DNA of 64,000 bases from Chrysomallon squamiferum (lineage: Eukaryota; Animalia; Mollusca), in the NCBI GenBank assembly GCA_012295275.1, contig CM022677.1, positions 17,484,001-17,548,000 of the forward strand, written 5' to 3'. The notes under the pieces were generated by a model, which made no database searches, was not told the DNA's origin, and saw only the letters and a list, made by a program, of their open reading frames with translations. Position 1 is the first letter of the stretch. Each line of letters starts with the position of its first letter. Shown here in pieces: positions 26,233 to 37,464 of this stretch. A program made the position numbers and the translations under genes.

Positions 26233-26857
26233 TTACAGTTCAGAAACATCCAGTTCTTCAAATACTTTTGCAACTTTCATTGCAGTTTTGCCCAGACTTA
26301 TGGAAACCATGTTGACAATGATGGCCACAACAACGCCTCGTGGAGGTCTCTTCTCATCCACATCATCGGCGTCGTTATCACGCGGCAGTACAAGCAAAAC
26401 ACTGCTGGCACCGACAGCAGCGCCTGTGTGCGTCACGTAGTAACGCTGATGTTCACACTCACCGTGTTCGTGTTTCTCGGGCACAATGGCCCAGCCCATG
26501 CCGTACTTTGCTGTTTTGTCCCAGAAACACTCGGTCTTGTCAACAGGCGCCCACAGAGATCTCACAGTCTCTGATTTCAGAAAGCCTGGCAGACTCGGCT
26601 TCGGCTCGGTGCTCTCCACCGTTTCTCCGGTTTCGACTTCGGTCTTCTTCCTGGAGTCGGATTTCAGCTCCCTTCGATCGGGTTCGGGTTCTGATTTAGC
26701 AGCGCCCTCTGGAGTCTGCTGGAAGCTGTAGAGCATGATGTTGCCAAACTTGACGAGGTCCTCGACGGTGGACAGGAATCCCCCTCCTGCCCATTTGTAC
26801 GAGTTGTCGACGTACGGTGCATTCTTTATGTGTCCATTTTTATCTTTTACATAGTAT
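26233..26857 (-). CDS. LACTB: LACTB exon 7 (last): RYYVKDKNGHIKNAPYVDNSYKWAGGGFLSTVEDLVKFGN...YGMGW...HTGAAVGASSVLL...EELDVSEL*
   Basis: YVDNSYKWAGGGFLST and HTG (third penicillin-binding-protein motif) match LACTB. ttccag acceptor, TAA stop. Confidence 0.96.
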
Positions 26858-26919
26858 CTGGAATAGAAACTGTGACTTTAAATTATGAATTACATTTTAT
26901 TAAAAGTTACCTTATTATA

Positions 26920-27350
26920 ATTTATATATTAAATTATAGCAATAATTATATTTTCTATATTATAGCTATAATTATATTTTCTATACATTGTATATTAAAT
27001 TATTGCAATAATTATATTTTCTATACATTGTTATATTAAAGTATAGCAATAATTATATTTTCTATTACAGTTCTGTTTCATACAGCATATTTTGTTATTG
27101 CATTGCTATCAGGTATTTTCTGTTGTTACTGACTGATGTTGAGATAGACTTTTATTTGCATTCTCTAATGTAGATTATAACTTACACATTTTAGTTGCTA
27201 TAATATATTCTCTAATGTAGATTATAACTTACACATTTTGTTACTATAATATATTCTCTAATGTAGTTATAACTTACACATTTTGTTACTATCATATATT
27301 CTCTAATGCAGATTATAATTTACACATTTCGTTATTATAATGTATTTTGT
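26920..27350. repeat. Two short AT-rich tandem arrays in LACTB intron 6 (units about 42 bp and about 46 bp)
   Basis: atattaaattatagcaataattatattttctat about 4 times; attctctaatgtagattataacttacacattttg 4 times. Confidence 0.85.
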
Positions 27351-27704
27351 AATACTGTTATTAAAATGGCTGTACTGTGTACACTATAGTTTATTACATA
27401 CATATTACAATTCTCTTGCTACTGGCTGACACTGAGTTAGATAGCAATTAAATTCTTTAATGAAAGTTATTATTTATATATGTTATTATTACTGACTCTG
27501 ATGTTAATACATTTTTATTAGCTGGTTATTTTGTTGATGACCTATTTTGATATCAGCATCTTCTAATGGAATTATAATTCTATATTTTGTTATTCTGATT
27601 ATGTTGTACACACACACACACACACACTCACACACAACAATACACAGATACACATACGCACAGTGTGAGCTTTTTTACGTGGCTCGTGTGCAGTATGTTT
27701 TTAC

Positions 27705-27870
27705 CTGGCTCTGTTGTATATGAGAACATCACTGAGCTCAAAACAAGTGTTTTGCATGCCGAGCTCTTTGAAAAGATTCTCCATCACCTGTCTGAACGGT
27801 TTCTTAGCCGCAGCTTCCACCACTGCACTGACCAGAGTCCAGCCATGAGTGGTGTACAGATACTTACTGC
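27705..27870 (-). CDS. LACTB: LACTB exon 6: GSKYLYTTHGWTLVSAVVEAAAKKPF...LGMQNTCFELSDVLIYNRAR
   Basis: Contains the catalytic Y-x-[S/T] motif. tttcag acceptor and GTAAAA donor, phase 1-2. Confidence 0.93.
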
Positions 27871-27990
27871 CTGAAAGTAAGGAATTATGTGTATGCATGT
27901 GCATGACTGTGCATGCGTGTGTGTGAGTGGTGTACAGATACTTACTGCCTGAATGTAAGCAATTATCTGTACGTCATGTGCATGACTGTG
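27846..27990 (-). repeat. 78-bp tandem duplication spanning the LACTB exon 6 acceptor
   Basis: tgagtggtgtacagatacttactgcctgaa(a/t)gtaag occurs at 27846 and 27924. Confidence 0.92.
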
Positions 27991-28330
27991 TGTGTGTGTT
28001 TGTGTGTGTGTGTTTAAATTAAATTTAAAATGAAATTATTTTATTGAATTTTCAAATCTACAGACTCAAATGAACATACTGATAATGAGAGAGAGAGAGA
28101 GAGCACGCAGGAAGATGAGATAGAAAGAAATTTATAAAAAGGCCAATAGAGTAACAGAGACAGAAAGTATTAATAAAAAAAGAATATGACAGAGAAAGAA
28201 TTAAATTAAGAAATCTAGAGAAATAAAGCATAACAGGGTTGGACAATGAGGGAGAAAAAGAGCGAGAGGGAGAGTGAGAAAAACAGAGATATAAATGAAC
28301 ATGTACAATACAAAGGTGATTTATATTCAC

Positions 28331-28475
28331 CTGGTTTATGGACCAACGAATCATCTTTGAAAAGTTTCAGACTGTCAGCAATATTCTTGAAGTAATCTTT
28401 TAGGTACATCTCTGTAGGCTGCAACTCTTTATCCTCCTTTGATTCGTCAACTTTTTCACTGGATTTCTTATCCTT
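28331..28475 (-). CDS. LACTB: LACTB exon 5: KDKKSSEKVDESKEDKELQPTEMYLKDYFKNIADSLKLFKDDSLVHKP(G)
   Basis: E.YL...F.....SL.LFK.D.L..KPG matches LACTB. Donor GTGAAT. The acceptor is a weak AAGAAG tandem (28475 or 28472), so the 5' edge is uncertain. Confidence 0.85.
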
Positions 28476-28880
28476 CTTATTACAGAAAATACAGAACAAT
28501 CTGAGTCATTCACATTAATTTAATTAAATTAATTGTTTCATTGCTGTGGTTGTTGTTTGTTGTCAGGTACTGACATTATTTTTATTGCCATTTTCCTTTA
28601 TTGGGTATAGTAAAAAAAATCAATCTAAATTTTTTATTGTTAATAAATTTTATTTTAAACTTCTCAGCATAATGACAGATGGACAGCAATGTATATTATT
28701 ATTATTTTGAATTTTAGATTTCACATTAAGTCACATCCATTTTTTTGACCTTTCTCAAAAAAGGGATCATTTTTTCAAATTTAATCGTTAACAAGTCTGT
28801 TTCAGTTTTATTACACAATATTATTGATCATGACATTTCTTTTTTTTCTTTTTTCTAATGCTAAATATAAAAACACTTAC

Positions 28881-28967
28881 ATCAGATGTCTTTTTCTTCA
28901 TGTAGTCCTTTTCATAATGACGAATGCCTGACAGATGAGAAACCAGATGGCGGGTTGTTATGGTAAC
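28881..28967 (-). CDS. LACTB: LACTB exon 4: VTITTRHLVSHLSGIRHYEKDYMKKKTSD
   Basis: SHLSGIRHYEKD hallmark. ctgcag acceptor and GTAAGT donor, 87 nt, phase 0-0. Confidence 0.95.
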
Positions 28968-29669
28968 CTGCAGTTAGATTGGGAAATTCAAAATCTAATA
29001 ATCCAACAATTTTCAGGAAGGCACACCAATGAAAATTATTAAAGCAAAAGGCTGTTTATTAAGAAATGTAGCCAACAGCATTTCTACTTTGTACAAGGGA
29101 CTAGAAAGTTTGACTGGGAGATTCGAAACCAAATAATCTGTAGGTAACAAAATCTTAAAAATAAAAGGATTCATATTTACTCAGCAGCTGTTTTTTTAAC
29201 AACTATAGCTATTACCCTTTTTTTCAATAGTTAGAGAGAAAAATCTAAATAATAATAAATAAGCAACAGATAGAAAAACATATCAACATATCTCTACAGT
29301 TTATAGAACTGTACAACAGTTTAATACTGCACTAGTGATTACAGGTGAATCTGATAATGTCTGGCAATAGATGTATGCATTTTGATAAAAAGGAAATTTT
29401 TCTTGTTTCTAATGTTCAGCACATGTGAAAGGGTAGAGTGTACTCCTGTGGATCTTTATCTTTTTTTTATCATCTTAATTAATCCAATATGTATTGGCCA
29501 GCTTTTATAAAATATTTATTATTTAAAGAATAATGTGGCTTTTATTATTACTTCCTATTATTATAATTTATAATTTATTATTTTTATAATAATACATGTC
29601 CTAAAACAGTGTTATAAGTAACTTTTCAAACAAAATTTTAAGAATGATGCTATAATACATTTCGACAAC

Positions 29670-29860
29670 CTTTTGTCCGTCGACCATTTTCTCTGGAAAG
29701 TCAGGTACATATTTCTGTACTGGTGCATCTAGATCCAGTTTCCCAGTCTCCCATAACCTAGCAACCTCTGTCATGGTAATGGTTTTACTGATACTAGCAA
29801 TACGCATTACAGTTTCAGGTAGACATGGAACCCGGTTTTCAATATCGGCATAGCCCATTC
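29670..29860 (-). CDS. LACTB: LACTB exon 3: GMGYADIENRVPCLPETVMRIASISKTITM...LDLDAPVQKYVPDFPEKMVDGQK
   Basis: Catalytic SxxK motif (SISK), near-identical to LACTB GLGYADVENRVPC.PETVMRIASISK. Confidence 0.97.
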
Positions 29861-30587
29861 CTTTCAAAAAAAAGAAAAGATGAATAAATATATAAATAAA
29901 TTTTATATCTTTATGAATTTTAAAAAATTATTTATTATGCATATTATACCAGAAAATAAAAAAGTGTGAAATTTTTGCATATGTAATTCATGAAAGCACA
30001 AAAATGACTAAATACTAATAGTGGATCTCTGGTTACTTTAAAGAAGTTTCTAAGTATGTCTTTCATACTTTTTAATTATGTTTTGTTTCTTCCTCTATTA
30101 ATCTTAATTACTAATTAATTATAAAAAGAAAAGCGTCCATTCTTTTATGTCAGATAAAAAAATTATCACAAACATTTAAAATTGTACTAAGTAGCATATA
30201 AAAAATTTACAAACATCACCACTGCAGACTGGTTATACATGTATATTGCTTAGAATACTTAGCTTAAAAAACAATACATTTATGCACATATTAAAAACCT
30301 GTGGATAGCAAAATGATAATACAGGCTGTATACTGACTTCCATAAATTACGTAAATTAAAAAAAAACATGAAAATGATTGTGTGCATTTAAACCAATAAA
30401 TATACCCAGTAGAAAATCCATGGATTACAGATTAAATAATTATTGGACTTCAGATTTATAAATTCATGTATTTCAGAACCCATGCATTATGTAGAATCCA
30501 AAATCAATGGATTATATGGGTTATACAATCCACAGATTCAAATTATGAGATCCATGGATTTCCAGCTACTGAAGACAGGAATCATAC

Positions 30588-30654
30588 CCTCAGCCCATAC
30601 TTGTTTTCCATCACAGCTGACTGCAATGACCAGGCCAGGACAGCCAGTTTCATC
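30588..30654 (-). CDS. LACTB: LACTB exon 2: DETGCPGLVIAVSCDGKQVWAE(G)
   Basis: Matches LACTB DEVGAPGIVVGVSVDGKEVWSEG. tttag acceptor and GTATGA donor, phase 0-1. Confidence 0.93.
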
Positions 30655-31015
30655 CTAAATTGAAACAAAACAACATACTGAAAAATAAAAATTATATTAG
30701 TCCTGAAGAAAAGTTAAAAAGTCTGAAAATATTAGTATGTGGAATTATGTTTAAAAAAAATAATAATAATAATTATTATTATTATTATTTAAAAAATGCA
30801 AATTTAATTATAACTATCTACAAAAGTTAATAGTTTAAAAGTCTAAAATAATAACAATTAGTTATTAAAAAAAAGAAAATAAAAAAGTAAATTTAATTAT
30901 ATCTATAAAAATATATATTAATATACATTATCATCATGATTATGTTCAATTAATAAAAAATGTGAATTACATTTTTTTTAATGTAGAAGTTTATTATATA
31001 AAAAGAGAGCAGCAA

Positions 31016-31059
<44 letters not shown>

Positions 31060-31222
31060 TAAATGTAGTATTTAGGAAATCTTTTACCTTCTACAACATT
31101 ACTAACAGTTTTTACAGGTTTTCAACTTTTAAAAATAATTACTATTATAAAATATAAGTCTGTATAAATTTAGGAATTCCTTGTCATACAAGTTAAACGG
31201 TCAATAAATATTCTTATATTGC

Positions 31223-31570
31223 CTTTATTCTTTGGGCGAGATCTCTTCCTTTGTCGACTGCTTCTTCCAGGGTTGTTTTCTGCCCTAGGATTTTACTCTT
31301 GCGTTCTATCTTCTCGCATGATGAAGATTTCACCGTCGATTTTACTGCATAAACTCCAGCAAAAACGAAAAGTACAAATTTGCCGTAACTGTGAAAATGT
31401 TGCTTAACTTTTGTTGTCCAGTTTGCACATTCACCGAAGACATTATAGATATTTCTTCTGTACTGAAAAGAAATATTTTCTCTTGCAAGAGCATTATTTT
31501 TAAGCAAGTAGTTTATATCTCTAAATATTTTTGCAGTACTTGCAACTTTCTGGGTTGTAAATCGAAACAT
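31223..31570 (-). CDS. LACTB: LACTB exon 1: MFRFTTQKVASTAKIFR...FVLFVFAGVYAV...EEAVDKGRDLAQRIK (mitochondrial presequence-like N-terminus)
   Basis: First in-frame ATG at 31570. The end RDLAQRIK aligns with LACTB RDLLHRIK|DE. Requires a GC donor (AAG|GCAATA). Confidence 0.82.
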
Positions 31571-31599
31571 TTTTCTGTGTCGGTTATTACCAGAAGGGA

Positions 31600-32180
31600 A
31601 ACAACTCTTATAGGTCAAAGGTTATCAACGCATCTGTTCGTATTACAATTTTATGCAAATTCCAGGCAACTGTTTAGCGAGAATTAATTTTGTAATAAAA
31701 GAATAGAAATATATGGGAAAAAAACAAAATAAGGCTTAATTTTCTCTTAGTCTGTGATGTATCATAATCCCAATGGATATGTGGCTCCTAATCATGACAT
31801 CATCGCCTTCATCATGGATCCCAGAAACAATTTAATTTAAATTTCACTTAATTTGTATAAAATATTAAAAAATAAAAATAACAACAATAACTCGAAATTA
31901 AATATAGATGTTATACAAACTGACTATGCACAGAGCTATTTAGTTTCTTGTTTTAGTTTTTCTGTTTTTACACAAACGTCTTTTGCTTCTTTCAAAATTG
32001 AAAATACTTCAAATCTCGTCAGACGACAAAATTAAGCAAAATAATGGAATGGTCCAAGCGTTAGTCTCGTCTGTTTCAGCCACCGCATTACTTCCGGTTT
32101 AACAGCTGACTGTAAACAAAGATGACAGATATTATTTTACAGACATTATGATAATAGCGTAACTATTACTGTGGTAAGTA
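31600..32180. promoter_or_regulatory. Putative bidirectional promoter for LACTB and ABHD2, with a candidate non-coding ABHD2 exon 1 ending at 32173
   Basis: Head-to-head genes, locally CpG-richer sequence, ETS-type ACTTCCGG at 32090-32097 and a strong donor GTG|GTAAGT at 32174. The ABHD2 ATG exon begins with an acceptor, so an upstream exon is needed. Confidence 0.55.
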
Positions 32181-33910
32181 GCTTGGTTTTAAATAACACT
32201 ATAACTCCCAGGACATTTTTTAGCATTCTACTGGCACATTTCTAGACATATCTATAAACCGAGCCAGTGAATTAATAATTGCTTTTCTGGAATGGCTCAT
32301 TGTCAGACAGCGTGAGCGTCGTATTTCATTTTCTCGTCCACGCGATTACCAAAATAATGTAATACATTCTCAGAAGATTACTGCAAAATTCAGTCATTGT
32401 TATTAATTTAATTCGAACATTTATAATATGTATATATGTAAAACAACGGTTTTCAAAAAAATAATAATAAAAAGAAGAAAGAAAATTAATTATCATCAGA
32501 TTCTTAATTTATTATATTCTAAGGAATATTTTGTTCGTTTTTTTACTGAAACAAAGAAATGATCGTTTTGATTATCGGTAAATGGTGCAAAGAAAAATGA
32601 CTTAATTTCTGGCCTGTTAAATATTAGATTTTATTAAGCTGTGACTAAAAAAGGTTCGTTTACATTTATTTTATTTCAATAAATTTCTCTTACTCTGTCA
32701 CACCACACAAACTCAAAGTGGTGCACACGTGCAAAAAAACCACTTTTGTCACCTAGTATTACTTCTAATTACATATTTATAATGTGATGCATTAATTATT
32801 GTTTAGCTGCATCATTATCATAAATGACAATTTTTATTTTATTGTAGTCCATATTCATTCTTTTTTTTATTGGTATAATCAATATAAATTTGAATCAATA
32901 CTGTTTCTTTTCGTTACTACTATTTGCTACTGTTGCTATTACTGCTACAGCTACTTCTACTACAACTTCAACTGATATACTAGGTTTCTGGGGGTGTTTT
33001 TTTTTGTTGGTTTTAATTTTTAATTCAAAAAATATATGTATAACCAGTTTTCCATAGTATATTGTTATCTATATCAGAAAGCAGTAAAAGATTAATGCAG
33101 ATTTTTGTTATAATTTTAATGTATTTATTATCTTTAATTATATATTCTTTTTATTGTTTTATAATTATTCTTTTTATATTTATTTATATATTTATTATTG
33201 ATCAGCTTATTATCATACATTCTTATTGGAATAAAACGTATAAACACTAAAAGATTAAAATGATATATTATCAACTTGTGTGAATATTTCGGTTAATCTT
33301 TTCTTCCATATATATATATATATATAATAACAGATATCTAAGTAAATTTATAACTTTTATTTATCAACTTTAATTTAAATGAAAATAGCAAAAGATTAAA
33401 AACAATACGATATCATCAACTGAATAATACAAAATATCTATCAGGTTGTGATGACAGCTGTTTTTTTTATCACTGACAGTCTGATATGTTAGATATTATG
33501 ATGTGTATGTTGTTTAGGTGACATACATAACACATGTGTAGTTAATTTAAACTATATAGTGTTGTTAAGTTCATAGAAAAAATAATCAATGTACTGCTGA
33601 TTATTAATATTTTTATATTTATAAAAAATAAAAAAAGACTGAGGTGTGGATGGATACATTATGATAAAAGGTTAATGAGAACAAGGATATCAAATTTTTA
33701 AATATGTTTATAATTCATTCTATTCTGTTTATTTTGTTTGTTCATTTATTGATTTGTTATTTATAATGATTATCTTCTATTTTTTTTCTTTGTTGCTTTT
33801 TTTTTTTTTTTTTTTTTTTTGACATAAGCTTTTTAAAATAAATTATTGAAATAATGTCATAAAATCTTCCTAGATAATAACAACTATCTATCCTTTGTGT
33901 AGACAGAAAT

Positions 33911-33945
<35 letters not shown>

Positions 33946-35433
33946 TACACAGAACATTGTCTGTCAAAAAAGAAATAGCAGAACTTTGCCATTTTTCAGC
34001 AAATTCTTTGCATGAGTCAACAGAACAGTTAATTAATTTTCACCTTTCTCATAAATATTTAATTTGATTAATTATTAATTAACTTGTACCTGACAGCAAC
34101 TGGATGTCAGATTAAATTTGTCTTTGTTGATCTAACAATGACACTAATTAATTAATTGTTATTTCACAGTAACTAGATGTCAGATATGCAATTTTCATCT
34201 TGATCAAACAAAGAAATATTTTAATAAAATAAATGTTCGATTTTGTAGAATTTCTTTTTTATTATTATTATTATTATCCTGACCATAAAATCAAAAAAAA
34301 AAAAAAAAAAATGAAAAATAAGAAAAATAATAATAATAATAATCTTTTGTGTGTTAGCTTTAGTGTTTCAAGGTAAAGTTTATTTTGAATTTTTATCAGC
34401 ATTTTTGTTAAATTATATTTCTAGTAATATGTACATTTTGTTTTAATAAAACAAATTTGTTGTTATTGTTGTTTTCCTTTTTGTTTTTCTAATGTTGTAT
34501 ATTTATTTATATAATAATGCTTCTTTTTAAAAATGTTCTGTTACTCATTTGCACTTTAGTTTTATTTTCTTAATATAGTCTATATTTTTATCTGTGTGTG
34601 TGTGTGTGTGCATGTTTGTGTTTGTGTCTGTATGTGTGAACAGATACATTGTACATCATTTGCACTAAAGTCAAGCAGATATAAAATTGTTTTGCCTCAC
34701 AGTTATTTCCTGTTCTAACAGCTAATAAATCCCACTGGGGATTTGGGATTCAATACTCATTACATCGTAGCATACATAATTTAATTCAGCTTCCTCCAGT
34801 GTTCATGAAAAACTCCAGCATCAAACAGTTTTTTCCTTTAAATTACTACATTACTATAATTCATTATTCTGTCGAAGTTTTTGTACAAGAATTCTCTATG
34901 AGGTACAGTTTGTATTCATACCTTTATTGTTTTGTATTATTATTATTTTTATTTTATTTTTTTTAATATAAAAATGGTACAATACTTCTTGATACTTAAT
35001 AGCCTGTTGGCAAATTTCGATATAGGAAATGTTCATTGATGGAAATTTATATTAATAGCCTAAGGGAAAGGTTCATTTCCTTTTAGAATTTGTATACCAA
35101 GAATGGAAGATAATTTCTACTTATACCCAAAGGGAATATATATATATAATGACTTCACAGCTATAATGTTTTCTACATAATTACATTCACAGGAGAAAAC
35201 AAATGTTAGCATCTATATGCACTGAAATATATATAAAACATATAACAGGTAATAGTTTTTGTATTGTGTAATAGTATTTTTCTTTATTATTGTTATTATT
35301 AGCTTGTAGTATTAGCAGAGTGGTTGTAATACTAGTAATAATAGTAAATACATTAGTAGTAATATTGGACATGATTGTTATTTTCTAACTTTTGAAATTA
35401 TTATTATTATTTTTATTTCAGACACAAAACACT

Positions 35434-35594
35434 ATGACTGAGATACTTGCTTTCTTCGCGTTCATTCTGCTGTGTGGTTTGGTCAAGATTCTTAACATAA
35501 CCAGTCCTTCGCAGCCACCCGATCTCTACATCAAGGACAGGTCATCTACATTTGTACAGAGCATCCTGGCAGCTTGCCCCATATTCCTTGAAAA
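35434..35594 (+). CDS. ABHD2: ABHD2 first coding exon: MTEILAFFAFILLCGLVKILNITSPSQPPDLYIKDRSSTFVQSILAACPIFLE (N-terminal TM anchor)
   Basis: Acceptor tttcag ends at 35421, ATG at 35434, hydrophobic anchor, donor GTAAGT at 35595, phase 2. Confidence 0.88.
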
Positions 35595-35890
35595 GTAAGT
35601 ACAGCTTGCCCCATATTCCTTGAAAAGTAAGTACACCTTGCCCTATATTCCTTGAAAAGTAAGTACAGCTTGCCCTATATTCCTTGAAAAGTAAGTACAG
35701 CTTGCCCTATATTCCTTGAAAAGTAAGTACAGCTTGCCCCATATTCCTTGAAAAGTAAGTACACCTTGCCCTATATTCCTTGAAAAGTAAGTACAGCTTG
35801 CCCTATATTCCTTGAAAAGTAAGTACAGCTTGCCCCATATTCCTTGAAAAGTAAGTACCGCTTGCCCTATATTCCTTGAAAAGTAAGTAT
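35571..35890 (+). repeat. 10 x 32-bp tandem copies of the ABHD2 exon end plus donor (agcttgccc(c/t)atattccttgaaaa|gtaagtac)
   Basis: Copies start at 35571, 35603 and so on to 35859; nearly identical. Confidence 0.98.
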
Positions 35891-36415
35891 AGAATAAGTG
35901 AATGCAAAAATATGCACGTATGTATGTATATGGTTGTTGTGAACTCTGACTGACCTCTGCCTGTAATCACATTTTAATAAGAAAGTTTAATAAGAAATTA
36001 CAACAGAAATTAATGTAAAAGTAAAAGCAGTTTAAGAAACAAACAAGGTAAGAACTTACATGAAATGTATACATGTATATTTAATGAATTATTGTGTTAT
36101 TACAATTAGTGCACTAATTATAATACATTAATTCATTAGTGCAGTCTCATGAATATTAAACAAGATATCAAAAAAGCTGTTTGACATAACAACTGCTGCT
36201 ATTATTCTAAGTAGTTGTAGTAGTAGTAGTAGTACTTACAATAATACTGACTGTTGTAATTACTTTTTTTGACCCATGTCTGTTTAGATCCATTTAGACC
36301 TATTATATATTCTAGATTTTTGATTCATGTCTTTTTTATCACACGTTGTTTTACCTGTGTCTGTCTAGTTAAACTTTTACATCCATTTTAATTTAAAAAA
36401 AAAATTATTTTTAAT

Positions 36416-36454
<39 letters not shown>

Positions 36455-36477
36455 ATTTATCATTTTTTTTTTTTCAG

Positions 36478-36650
36478 TTATGTTCCTCCTCTGATTTGGG
36501 GAAAGAGTGGACACCTCCAAACTCTAGTCTATGCAAAAATGGGAAGAGTGAAATTGCCAGTTCCAAAAGGTCAGCGACGTCACAAGGTCATGCCAGATGG
36601 CGCTACTATGACCTTTGACATCTATGAGCCAATGAAAAGCCACGAAAATG
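36478..36650 (+). CDS. ABHD2: ABHD2 exon: YVPPLIWGKSGHLQTLVYAKMGRVKLPVPKGQRRHKVMPDGATMTFDIYEPMKSHEN
   Basis: Matches ABHD2 YIPPLIWGKSGHIQT.LY.KMGRV...DGAT.TFD. Phase 2-1; the donor GTGCAG is weak. Confidence 0.94.
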
Positions 36651-37009
36651 GTGCAGTGAAAAATTTGATTTAATTATTTATTACTATTTTTGTTGTTGTT
36701 GTTGTTGTTGTTATTAAATATTGTATTGATTTATTATTTATGTGCATAGTTTTCTATTCAGTTTGTAATTAAGCATAATTATCCTTGAAAGTTATTACTG
36801 TCTAGATTGAATTTATTTATATTTTATTTTAAAATATATTGTTAAGTTATACATGTTATTCAACATTAATTGCATTTTATTTTTATTTTACCTTTTTTTA
36901 TAACTGTTTTTATTTTTTCAATATGTAATGAAAATGTGCTATTTATCAGTTATTTTTGTATATTTTATTATTATAACTACTACAACAACTACTTAGAACA
37001 GTAGTAGAA

Positions 37010-37200
37010 GTAGTTGTAGTTGTAACAATAGAGCTGTTACATCAAACAGCTTTTTTTGATATTTTGTTTAATATTCACCAGACTTTACTAATTATAATAA
37101 ATTAATTCATTAGTGCAGTCTCATTAATATTAAACAAGATATCCAAAAAAACAACTGTTTGACATAACAGCTCTACTGTTACAGCTACAACAACAACTAC
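37010..37200. repeat. Imperfect inverted repeat (arms about 65 bp), MITE-like, with a further copy of the right arm at about 36110-36200
   Basis: agagctgttacatcaaacagctttttttgatattttgtttaatatt is the near reverse complement of aatattaaacaagatatccaaaaaaacaactgtttgacataacagctct. Confidence 0.8.
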
Positions 37201-37277
37201 TGCTTCTTAGTTTACTTTTTTTAATTCTAAACTTACTTTTACTTTTTACATTAATTTCTTAATTTTTAAAATCGCAG

Positions 37278-37464
37278 GAGACTTCAGTGCTCTCGTGTGT
37301 CCAGGAATTGGAAACAGCAGTGAGAGTCCGTACATCCGTACACTTGTCAACTACGCCCAGGAGCGTGGCTACCGAGTCGCAGTGCTAAACCACCTCGGAG
37401 TTCTGTCAGATGTCAAATTCAAACTCGGTTGTTAAACTGATATCACCCAGGATATTCAACTATG
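37278..37464 (+). CDS. ABHD2: ABHD2 exon: GDFSALVCPGIGNSSESPYIRTLVNYAQERGYRVAVLNHLGVLSDVK-[19 extra nt]-LISPRIFNY(G); frameshifted as given
   Basis: Matches ABHD2 ICPGIAN.SE..YIRT.V.YAQ..GYR.AVLNHLG...SPR.F.YG. There is an in-frame TAA at 37433 unless 37418-37436 is removed. Confidence 0.88.

Noticed and set aside
26340-26731. Plus-strand ORFs of 119 and 81 aa
   Set aside because: Antisense shadows of the GC-rich LACTB last exon.
26233-31570. Horizontally acquired bacterial beta-lactamase
   Set aside because: Seven spliceosomal exons and LACTB-specific motifs identify the ordinary metazoan mitochondrial LACTB.
31571-31618. ORF-track start of LACTB at 31618
   Set aside because: That codon is TTG; the first ATG in frame is at 31570.
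35571-35890. CRISPR-like 32-bp repeats (also the 37-bp array at 44060-44853)
   Set aside because: Head-to-tail with no unique spacers, no cas genes, and a eukaryotic intron context.
37400-37409. 10-nt GT...AG micro-intron that would restore the ABHD2 frame
   Set aside because: Far below spliceosomal minimum size, and it gives a worse alignment than deleting the 19-nt insert.
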